64,000 nt of DNA, from positions 1 through 64,000 of IMG/VR virus record IMGVR_UViG_3300043172_000590. One strand, written 5' to 3'. The stretch comes from a virus. Each line of letters starts with the position of its first letter. The stretch's first letter is position 1. Below are positions 56,107 to 64,000 of this stretch, one piece after another. Under the pieces are notes generated by a model, which was not told where the DNA came from, did no database searches, and was given only the letters and a program-made list of their open reading frames with translations. Made by a program: the position numbers and the translations under genes.

Positions 56107-58515
56107 TTATACTTTTATTTGTTCCGGAGCAGCATTACTCTCTGCAATCTGCTGTCCAGCAACCGCTTTCTGTGCCTTGGGTATGTACGGCCCATTATAT
56201 TGTATTATATAATCAAATTGAAACTTCTCTCTTTGCTTCTCTAATTCGAATTCGCCTTTATCTCTCTGTGCCTCTTTTTTAGCTTCTTCAAGCTGTATAT
56301 TTTGTTGTCCCTGTAATTGTATGAACTCTCTCTTGGATGCCTCCGCCTGCTTCTCTTTTTGCCTAAGCATGAATCCTAATATCATGCCTATCCTTCTGAG
56401 ATTTTGCCTTTGAAGAACCATATCCTGAATAAATATAGCCTCTGATATAGAGAGCTTAGATTGATCATCGGAGCCCGTAGGCTTTATGCTTACTTGGATG
56501 AAGCCCATTATAGCAGCCTTCTCCTCTGCCAGATCGCTTGCCTTAATGTTTATGCCATATTCTACATTTGATTTATCAGCCTCCAATAAGATTACCATCC
56601 GCGTCTCGCCAATAACGTTTTCATATGATTTTTTCACGATTTTATCATACTTACACATTGTCCGTATCCTGTACATTATATTTATGGACACGTCTTCTTG
56701 GAGCTCAGCTGTAGCTCTGGCAATACTGTTTATTATTTCATTAGTGCCTTGCATCGCAGCCTGCATGTTATATTTAGCCACGTTTGGGTCTGGCGTAGCA
56801 CCGGTAGATACCATATTTATACCGGATGTTTTTTCGATATTAACTATAGCCTTATCCATGAGATCCAGCTGTACCTTAATATTATTGGACGTACTGTTGG
56901 ATATTGGTATTATAGGCGGGGCAATACTTCTTGCCGCTCCCGATAATGGATTCGTCGTCCTCTTGTAGAATAGTACCGTGGATTGCCGGTAATATTCCAG
57001 TATCTTCATCGGATCCCAACTCTTGTCTTTGCCTATAGAGATATTCTTAAGGCTTCCTATATCAACCGCAAAACCATCGCCCACTGCCAATGACATAAAA
57101 TGTTGTGCTTTCAGCCATGCTCTTTGGAAATCGTCAACAAATGGCTTTATTTGCGATAGTATTGGTGTGGTAGACAGACGGATTGCCCTATAGCTTAATC
57201 TTGGTTTCTTGGTGGAGTTGCGGGGCATGTAATCTACTTTACCCATGCCGAATGTATATTCAGTGCCAATTAGCCAGCTGCTCTTCCGGGCATATCGTAT
57301 CTGGTACTCCTTTAGCTTTTCATTATCTTGTAATTCCTCATCTGTGTATTTTTTGTTTACAGTCCGATTATTTGCCGAAACTTCTATATGTTTTTCATTG
57401 TCGATATCAATCCATTCATAATCCAATACCGGCACTTTGTAGAAGTCATAGCCATAATATGTTTGTCCATACTCTTCATAAGAATATGAATAATCCTCCC
57501 AATTCGTCAAGCCAGGGTTTCCCCATTCTCCGGAATAAGATCTTGCCAGTGCGCTTGCATCTTCATGGCTTAGATTTAATTTTTGTCGTATCTGAGATAT
57601 CTCTACCCATCGTATAGTATACGCATATTCTGAGTCTTGATATGACTTGGTATTAGATAACTGTATTCCTGAGTATTTGAGGTCGCAATAATCAACCACA
57701 ACCCTTTTAAGTTCCCTATCGTATCTTTCGCGAATTATAGCATAACCTTGCGCAAATAAGTCATCATGGATTCTTTCGGCAATCTCTTTATCCCAACTCG
57801 ATACATTGAAAGTATGTTTGAGTAAATCTTCCATGCTTATCGTATAAGGGACTTTAAATCCTCCCGATGCTGCATATAGCTCCAATTCATTGAGATTTTC
57901 AGGAATAAACTCGGGTGCATCCCGTTTTATCCCGGCCATTGCCTCCTGTTGGTCAATCCATTCCTTGTTTTTAGAGTAAAAATATGCCTTATATTTATTT
58001 TGCTCTTGGGTTCTTACGCTAAATGAGTCTATTGCATCGACAGACATTTCAGTGTACATCGAACGTATCTTCTCGTTTATTCCAGTCTTTATTTTAGGAA
58101 CAACACTTACTGGTCGAAAATCTATGTTTACCCAAGCTTTTCTGCCCTTGGTCCCCCTTGCTTCTGTTGCCCCAAGATCATTGCTATCTGAATCAAACCT
58201 GCTTGCGGCATCTCCCGTATTGGTTTCTCCACCCCCGAACATCCAATCCTTGAATTTATCCATGGGATGCATCCCGTTTGCATATGCCCTATTAGTGTCA
58301 ATTTGACTATAAATACTGCTATCAATCCATGTTTTCCCAGTCGATACAAGATTGTATATCTTCTCTCCCCACATCTTATTGTACTCTACGGTATTTTTAT
58401 CCGCAGGATTTATATTCCAGTCAGGATAGTTGTACCTCCCTTTTTTGTAAGACTCGGGTTTCTTAAACTTAAAAGTCTTGGATGGCTCTATTTTATGTCT
58501 GTTTATTTTACCCAT
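56107..58515 (-). CDS. Portal protein
   Basis: 802 aa directly after the terminase; NRAYANG, NIDFRPVSVVPK motif as in crAss-like portals. Confidence 0.82.
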   Translation of the reverse strand: MGKINRHKIEPSKTFKFKKPESYKKGRYNYPDWNINPADKNTVEYNKMWGEKIYNLVSTGKTWIDSSIYSQIDTNRAYANGMHPMDKFKDWMFGGGETNTGDAASRFDSDSNDLGATEARGTKGRKAWVNIDFRPVSVVPKIKTGINEKIRSMYTEMSVDAIDSFSVRTQEQNKYKAYFYSKNKEWIDQQEAMAGIKRDAPEFIPENLNELELYAASGGFKVPYTISMEDLLKHTFNVSSWDKEIAERIHDDLFAQGYAIIRERYDRELKRVVVDYCDLKYSGIQLSNTKSYQDSEYAYTIRWVEISQIRQKLNLSHEDASALARSYSGEWGNPGLTNWEDYSYSYEEYGQTYYGYDFYKVPVLDYEWIDIDNEKHIEVSANNRTVNKKYTDEELQDNEKLKEYQIRYARKSSWLIGTEYTFGMGKVDYMPRNSTKKPRLSYRAIRLSTTPILSQIKPFVDDFQRAWLKAQHFMSLAVGDGFAVDIGSLKNISIGKDKSWDPMKILEYYRQSTVLFYKRTTNPLSGAARSIAPPIIPISNSTSNNIKVQLDLMDKAIVNIEKTSGINMVSTGATPDPNVAKYNMQAAMQGTNEIINSIARATAELQEDVSINIMYRIRTMCKYDKIVKKSYENVIGETRMVILLEADKSNVEYGINIKASDLAEEKAAIMGFIQVSIKPTGSDDQSKLSISEAIFIQDMVLQRQNLRRIGMILGFMLRQKEKQAEASKREFIQLQGQQNIQLEEAKKEAQRDKGEFELEKQREKFQFDYIIQYNGPYIPKAQKAVAGQQIAESNAAPEQIKV

Positions 58516-58523
58516 CTATATAG

Positions 58524-60875
58524 TTAACATCTGTACGACCTTGGGTTTATACTCTCCATCTCCTCTTTCTCTTCCATGCCTAACGATAATAATTTATAGT
58601 AAGCACTCTGTTCGCCTATTAATGCCTGTATCCATGATGCAAGGCCATCGAATTTAGTAAGTTCTTCCATTGACGATATCTGGTCTGCCTCTATCAAGAG
58701 CTCAGGTATATCCTCTATTGTAGAATGGAACTTGATTTGATTAGCCAAAAGCAGGAATCCATCTTTTTTGTTCTGCATACCCAATGAGGTCCCAGGCTTC
58801 GATGCCCTTTTTATTGTACCGTCAGGCATAACCGTAGTTGTATAATTCAGGTAACCGGTAAATTTCTTTTCAACAATCCGTTCCCATACCGCTGTAATAT
58901 TTTGCTCTAAATTAATTAGTCCTCCCCAGTATATGCCAGCTTTGATTGCCTCCATTGCAACTTCATCGCTTGTCCCAAACCTATGCCTGCAGAATGCCAC
59001 GGCTTTAGGAGTAATCCATTTCCGCTTATCTTCTGCGATATCAATAATTGGATTATGCATTCTTTTTACTGTAATCCCTGTGTCAGAAGTCCTTGTACCT
59101 TTCTTTTGTAGATATCTTGACTCGCCTTGGTTATTGAATTGGGTAGGATCGACACCTATCATATATTTTATATTCATAGGTCGATAAACAGTTTCGTCAT
59201 CTTCCATGAATGCAGAGTATGCTTCCATAGTAGAGACCTGATTAGCCTCACCTTTGGCTGGTTTTTCGCTAACAATCCATGGCCCATTAGGGTCTTCTAT
59301 AAAAGTTACTGATAAACTCCCTTGGTCAACAAACATCAGCCTGCCTTTTCTTGCGACCGGCTTATCTTCCAGTTCGAATAACCTTTCTCTCAGCAATTCA
59401 TTGTCAAATCCAAGCTGCCCTGCTACACCTGTCCAGCAATCCTTACAGTCCTGTGGGAACTTGCGGACAAATGAACGATATTCATCCATCATAGCAGGAT
59501 CGTCTTCGTTGTGCAAATCCACTCTTTTATTTTCTATGAACGTATTGGAGCCAATCCGTTTGATGGGCATATCGTGCTTTTTGGATAGCATTATCTGCCT
59601 TTCATTTGGCATGTCAATTATCGCTTCCCCAAAAACATCAATGTACCCTTCCATGCAGTAGTCGCTCCTATGATAACATAAAGCCAGCCCTGAGGCGGTT
59701 TGTCCATCTTTCTTCCTCTTGTAGAAGTTGGACATGTCACATAAATCCTTATAGTCCTGTCCTCCTTCTTCCATTTTTTCTACAGTTGATGGATGATCGC
59801 AATAACCAACCACCTCTGATCCTCCTCCCAGAGACATTGTTTCTTTATTTATCTGCCAACGGTTTTGTACGTTACCGGTCCTTTTCCCTTTCCCCTGTTC
59901 GTCAAATCCAGCACCAATCAGCATTTTTCCATCATTCGCCTTGTCGTCTCCCGATTCAGTATACGACAATACCGTATCTAATGTTTGCACATCGGCTATT
60001 CCATTTGATGTAAATTCAAGAGATTTCATCTTTCCGAAACCTCCAAGCCATACAGGCCTGGTCCATAATGGCCATGCTCTCCACGCAGGCATTAATTTTT
60101 GCTTAAAATGTGTCTCTGCATTATCTCCGTCCATGGAAACAATCGTACACAATTTATCTGCCCCTCTTTGCGATGCAGCTATACGGGTGATGATATGGCA
60201 AAATTCATTTGTCAATCCCTCTCTCCTTCCTTTGGGAAGTGCTGTGCCAAGCAGCAGTTTGTATCCCACATCAACCATCCGATAAGCCATTTTACCATCA
60301 ATATCAATCTTTTCCGCCAACCCTGTTTCTGGATCTGTATCTACAAATGTTTCCGTACATGTGTTTATATAATGCCTGAAAAGAAACCTTTCTTTGCTTT
60401 TTTTTCTGAACTCAGGGAATATATATCCCTTTTTGGTGGTCATTCGATGTAGGTTCAGATAACTGAAATACCAGGGAGGAAGCCATGTCGGTTTTCCGTC
60501 GTTAAAAAACCAATAGCCATGGTGCATATAATATACAAACTTGCGTATAAATTCAATCTCTTCTGTGTAGTTTTCTTGGTTTTTCTCAAGCGTTGACCAG
60601 AATTTCTTAAGTGTAGCGTTACCATTTACTCCCCGGTTTTTATTTCCGAACTCTGTAATAATACTTCTCTCTAACTCTCTCAGTCTTAATGGATTTTCGA
60701 GTCTTTTAAATATTTGGTCGTCAGGGTGTTCCCCCCATCCGCCAATCAGGTGTAGTGGTGGAGGTTTTGGCAGCGATATCCTAATAGGCCTCAGTTTCTC
60801 CGAGCCCCAGTTGACCAAAAAGCTTGTGTCTGCCTCTTGGTACAGATGGCTATATCTACACTCCTGGTTATTCAT
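58524..60875 (-). CDS. terL: Terminase large subunit
   Basis: KGRREG.T (Walker A variant), FDEQGK (Walker B), PST, IGVDP nuclease motif, KFDG. Confidence 0.9.
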   Translation of the reverse strand: MNNQECRYSHLYQEADTSFLVNWGSEKLRPIRISLPKPPPLHLIGGWGEHPDDQIFKRLENPLRLRELERSIITEFGNKNRGVNGNATLKKFWSTLEKNQENYTEEIEFIRKFVYYMHHGYWFFNDGKPTWLPPWYFSYLNLHRMTTKKGYIFPEFRKKSKERFLFRHYINTCTETFVDTDPETGLAEKIDIDGKMAYRMVDVGYKLLLGTALPKGRREGLTNEFCHIITRIAASQRGADKLCTIVSMDGDNAETHFKQKLMPAWRAWPLWTRPVWLGGFGKMKSLEFTSNGIADVQTLDTVLSYTESGDDKANDGKMLIGAGFDEQGKGKRTGNVQNRWQINKETMSLGGGSEVVGYCDHPSTVEKMEEGGQDYKDLCDMSNFYKRKKDGQTASGLALCYHRSDYCMEGYIDVFGEAIIDMPNERQIMLSKKHDMPIKRIGSNTFIENKRVDLHNEDDPAMMDEYRSFVRKFPQDCKDCWTGVAGQLGFDNELLRERLFELEDKPVARKGRLMFVDQGSLSVTFIEDPNGPWIVSEKPAKGEANQVSTMEAYSAFMEDDETVYRPMNIKYMIGVDPTQFNNQGESRYLQKKGTRTSDTGITVKRMHNPIIDIAEDKRKWITPKAVAFCRHRFGTSDEVAMEAIKAGIYWGGLINLEQNITAVWERIVEKKFTGYLNYTTTVMPDGTIKRASKPGTSLGMQNKKDGFLLLANQIKFHSTIEDIPELLIEADQISSMEELTKFDGLASWIQALIGEQSAYYKLLSLGMEEKEEMESINPRSYRC

Positions 60876-61554
60876 CTCCTACAAATCGTAATTTATCCTC
60901 TGTATAATCTTTGCCATATGGCGGACTGTCAACTAATTTTTCGCCCCTTTCCATTCTGTCCACAAGATTTTCGGGCCTTAAATCTGATATTTTCCTGTGG
61001 GCCTCTTCGTACAGTGCTATCCTGAGCGCCCTAACATCGTCGCCTTCGAATATTGTTTTTTCAAGCTCTTGTATCTTCTCGCTCCATTTTTCAATATTAG
61101 ATGAAGCTTTCTCCGCATTACTGGGAGAATCAAAGCCTGAATTTATCAACTCCATTGATTGCCCGAGTTTCGCTTCGTTGTACATTGCGTACATATTGAA
61201 GTCATTGTCGTGCAATAAGGATAGATATCGTACTATCAGCTTGTTTGTAAGATGTCTTTTACCTAGTATTATAGCTTCTGCATCATCGGTATATCTTTCT
61301 CCGTCTCTGGGAAACGCTGCTAATATTGCCGCCTCTCTCTTCTTCTTCATCCATTGGCTTCGAAATGTCATCACCAAAGGGGATTCCCTGTCGTAGCAGG
61401 AGACAATAAACTTAATAATTGAAATAATTGGCACTTTAATTGATGCTCTTATTTCTCCTATAAGCTCATCAAGATTAGGATGCAGGGACACGAAAGCGTC
61501 CTCCACATCCTTTTCAGAGAGATCTATATTTACTAGACATCTTTTATAATCCAT
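60868..61554 (-). CDS. Putative terminase small subunit / terL-adjacent protein
   Basis: Helical; FI...YD.ESP motif; overlaps the terL start. Confidence 0.5.
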   Translation of the reverse strand: MDYKRCLVNIDLSEKDVEDAFVSLHPNLDELIGEIRASIKVPIISIIKFIVSCYDRESPLVMTFRSQWMKKKREAAILAAFPRDGERYTDDAEAIILGKRHLTNKLIVRYLSLLHDNDFNMYAMYNEAKLGQSMELINSGFDSPSNAEKASSNIEKWSEKIQELEKTIFEGDDVRALRIALYEEAHRKISDLRPENLVDRMERGEKLVDSPPYGKDYTEDKLRFVGDE

Positions 61555-61561
61555 GTCAATA

Positions 61562-61975
61562 TTATGGTGCCAGTGTAGCTAAATCACTATCAACAAAAAC
61601 AGTTTTGTTCCCAAATGCACCCTCAATATAATTAACGATGACCCCCGCAGTTTTAACGCTATTGACCATAGCAAAACTGTCTTCCATCACCTTATTGTAC
61701 TTGTCCTGTAGCGTTAGGGTAGATGTTGTTCCATCCAAAAGGTTAAATACTGGTAAATCAATTGTGGCACCAGATACCAGTGCGTCAATAGTCGCTTTAT
61801 CATCAGTGACAATAAGCGTATCGGCAGCATCTCTTCTGTCGAAAGATTCGCCATAAACTATTTCTGCAACACCACCTGCATCTCTTGTTGTTACTATTTT
61901 TTCGGGGTCAATCGCCTGTACTACTGACGTTGGTAGGGTTAAACCGTTTCTCGTGGTTATAGTTACTTGTTTCAT
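61562..61975 (-). CDS. Small structural-operon protein
   Basis: Likely start MKQVTITT (61975), downstream of the promoter at 62036. Confidence 0.6.
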   Translation of the reverse strand: MKQVTITTRNGLTLPTSVVQAIDPEKIVTTRDAGGVAEIVYGESFDRRDAADTLIVTDDKATIDALVSGATIDLPVFNLLDGTTSTLTLQDKYNKVMEDSFAMVNSVKTAGVIVNYIEGAFGNKTVFVDSDLATLAP

Positions 61976-61988
61976 AACTCGTGTGCTT

Positions 61989-62079
61989 TTATTTAGTCTA
62001 AATAATAATAACGTTACACACAAAGTAAGATTATACAAACTTAAATTCCAAGCACTTTGGGAAATATTGCATATCTTTG
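61989..62079. promoter_or_regulatory. Divergent promoters and palindromic operator
   Basis: TAAGTTTG (minus, 62036-62043), TATCTTTG (plus, 62072-62079), palindrome TTATTTAGTCTAAATAA 61989-62005. Confidence 0.6.
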
Positions 62080-62100
62080 GATATAAAAACAATTTCAGAT

Positions 62101-62367
62101 ATGCCACAAGCAGGACTAAGAAGGACCGCCAGATATTATAGGTCACACCCTCTGGCAAGAAAAAAGAAAAAGGAATACGATACTAAGTATCATAGATCTC
62201 CTGAGCGAAGGAAATACAGATCTAGGCTTGGATCTATGAGAGCTAAAAGAGGATTGAAAGGTGATGGTCGGGACTTGTCTCACAATAAAGATGGGAGCGT
62301 GTCACTAGAAAACAAATCCACTAATAGGGCAAGAAATGGAGCAAATGGAAGAAGTTCGAGGAAATAA
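62101..62367 (+). CDS. Small basic HNH-like protein
   Basis: KGDGRDLSH.KDG....ENKSTNRARNG. Confidence 0.65.
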   Translation: MPQAGLRRTARYYRSHPLARKKKKEYDTKYHRSPERRKYRSRLGSMRAKRGLKGDGRDLSHNKDGSVSLENKSTNRARNGANGRSSRK

Positions 62368-62575
62368 AAACCCTTGCGACGGGAAAGATGTGTCGTGGAT
62401 TGCTCTTGATGAAATCGCGATGGGATTTCGGAGGACAAAGGCAAGGTGGATGATTGAAAACGAAACAAGACTTGATGGTGCTGCGGTAATGGAGGGTTTA
62501 AGTATTTCTTCCGAGGACATTGAGGCACTCGAGAATATCTAGCCTATCGTGCCACACGTAGGACGGAAAGGTTTC

Positions 62576-62609
62576 AAAGCCCGATAAGACATGATTCTTA
62601 CCGGGCTTT
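62576..62609. terminator. Terminator between convergent genes
   Basis: aaagcccg..taaga / tctta..cgggcttt stem. Confidence 0.6.
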
Positions 62610-62632
62610 GCGTTTTTAGTGATACTAATACG

Positions 62633-63253
62633 CTACAACTCTAATCCGTCAGCAGTCGGTTCTATTTTTGTGTTTTCAGGATTGTAGCTTTCTGGATAAG
62701 GATTAGGCTCGTTAAGCCTCTTTAGATCCATTCCGAGCCACATGATAGATTCCTGTAGTTTAGTTATAGCTAAACTGCGCGCTCTTGACGAGGGGCATTT
62801 TTTGATGTTTTGTAATTGGTCATCAAGGCCTTGTCTTAATAATTTATTTGCCTTGACATCTTTCTCCATGTGCTGGCCCGCAACCATATCCATATTGAAA
62901 TCAAACAAACTGCGCACATCTAATGCCCTAACGATAGATATAAACAATGCGTCTTTCGCTTGCTGCTCTTTTGGTAAGTCTTCGTAAGGAACAATACATG
63001 GGTGTTCTTGTTTGACCGGATCTTTAACCTCTCCGCAAACCCAGCCATTAGCAATCTTTTCTTTCATCCAGTTATTGTGGCTGTCGCAAGATTTGGAATT
63101 GGGGTTTTGAAGATGAAACTTAACACCATTAATGGCGCTTTCCTTTTGCCATTCAGGGGCATCCTCCCATGAAGACTGGGTGTCATCTCCAATACTTTGA
63201 CAATACGCCCTGTTTACTTCATGGCACACTTTAGCAATCTGCAATACATTCAT
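62633..63253 (-). CDS. RyR-domain protein fused to an Acb2/Tad1-like helical hairpin
   Basis: IAKVCHEVNRAYC...SHNNW...K...GW..G.VKD...K.HPC.VPY..LP..Q..KD..F, then SRARSLAITKLQESIMWLG. Confidence 0.75.
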   Translation of the reverse strand: MNVLQIAKVCHEVNRAYCQSIGDDTQSSWEDAPEWQKESAINGVKFHLQNPNSKSCDSHNNWMKEKIANGWVCGEVKDPVKQEHPCIVPYEDLPKEQQAKDALFISIVRALDVRSLFDFNMDMVAGQHMEKDVKANKLLRQGLDDQLQNIKKCPSSRARSLAITKLQESIMWLGMDLKRLNEPNPYPESYNPENTKIEPTADGLEL

Positions 63254-63272
63254 TTTAATTTGTTTTAAATTA

Positions 63273-63713
63273 TTAATAAGCCTGCCCTTTATCGGGCAAG
63301 TCTTCTGGTTTTACATATACCGGAACCGGCTCCTCCCATGAGTTGTGCCCGTTCCTAAAACAATTCATATATTTTCCTGCGAGATAAACCGTTTCAAGTC
63401 CAACCTCGGTTTTCTTTATATTTAACTCTCCATGGACTATCGCAGTATCCTTGACTGCTACCCGCTTATTGTCGATACCTTCTCTTAGTATCTTCTTTGC
63501 CTCTCCTTGAAAATAGATGGTAAAAATGTCATCGCTCTCCGGCCCTGTTCTATCTCTCGTGTAATCAATCAGCCTCAACCTTACTTCGATGTATGACGCC
63601 GTAACTGTCACCTCATCTATTTTTCCCACAAGCATGAAACTTCTGTCCGGATTTATTGCCGGAGCAGGATTTAGCATACTATATGCTGCGTGGGTCCTTG
63701 GCTTCTTAGGCAT
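63273..63713 (-). CDS. Divergent SSB-like OB-fold protein
   Basis: MLVGKI...DIFTIYFQGEAK.....V.VKDTAIVHGEL. Confidence 0.45.
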   Translation of the reverse strand: MPKKPRTHAAYSMLNPAPAINPDRSFMLVGKIDEVTVTASYIEVRLRLIDYTRDRTGPESDDIFTIYFQGEAKKILREGIDNKRVAVKDTAIVHGELNIKKTEVGLETVYLAGKYMNCFRNGHNSWEEPVPVYVKPEDLPDKGQAY

Positions 63714-64000
63714 TTTGGAGTATTCCGCCCTTCTCTAATAACGATTCAACCAGATTCCAATCAACATAGGGTTTCCCCTCCTTTTGGTGTATTAAAGGAA
63801 TGCCCAGTGCCGCATCATCTATATACATCTCTGCATAGCACTTATTGGAGCTTGTCCAATGTTCTTGCCCAATATCTTTCTGGATTGAATACAAGGCAAT
63901 GTTATTCTCCTTAAACCAATTAACAGCATCGGTCAATACGTTTCCGAGTTTTTGTCCATCGCTCCGCATTGTGTATAAAATAAGCTTATGCCTTGTTTTG
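63706..64000 (-). CDS. HAD-like hydrolase (partial, start outside the window)
   Basis: Frame open to the edge: HKLILYTMRS...AVNWFKEN.I.L...K.YA.MYIDDAALG.PL. Confidence 0.75.
   Translation of the reverse strand, partial: KTRHKLILYTMRSDGQKLGNVLTDAVNWFKENNIALYSIQKDIGQEHWTSSNKCYAEMYIDDAALGIPLIHQKEGKPYVDWNLVESLLEKGGILQNA

Noticed and set aside
27285-61975. Stop-codon reassignment as in some crAss-like phages
   Set aside because: Structural genes are long and intact in code 11, and TAG/TGA occur only at sensible gene ends. The one in-frame TAG junction noticed (50256/50252) separates normally distinct ring and muzzle genes.
27430-62141. Many plus-strand ORFs in the track (e.g. 36798, 41856, 56486, 60911)
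   Set aside because: Antisense shadows of long minus-strand genes, with Ser/Leu/Phe-rich composition and no motifs.

Overview
64 kb of a tailed dsDNA phage, most likely a podovirus of a Bacteroidota host: it has TAnnTTTG -7 promoters, Q-rule signal peptides and a crAss/phi14:2-type terminase-portal-capsid-ring-muzzle gene order. The standard genetic code fits. Layout: (i) minus-strand accessory arm, 1-11.3 kb (KilA-N-like, SSB-like, HNH-AP2, ART-like, DNA methyltransferase, Topo VI-A/TOPRIM, HNH); (ii) a ~2 kb non-coding divergence region with a dif-like site, IHF-like sites, a boxA-like element and a candidate ~585-nt highly structured ncRNA; (iii) plus-strand early arm, 13.3-27.2 kb (LPD29-methyltransferase, SEC-C, DUF559 nuclease, many small ORFs, an attC-like cassette remnant); (iv) minus-strand virion and lysis module, 27.3-62 kb; (v) a RyR + Acb2/Tad1-like fusion, a third SSB-like gene and a partial HAD hydrolase. 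The most notable leads are the large ncRNA, five promoters (four apparently leaderless) sharing a Fur-box-like operator at fixed spacing, tail-fibre-like proteins with Sec signal peptides, attC-like cassette architecture, and the RyR-sponge fusion. All family assignments come from motif recognition by eye; no searches were run.
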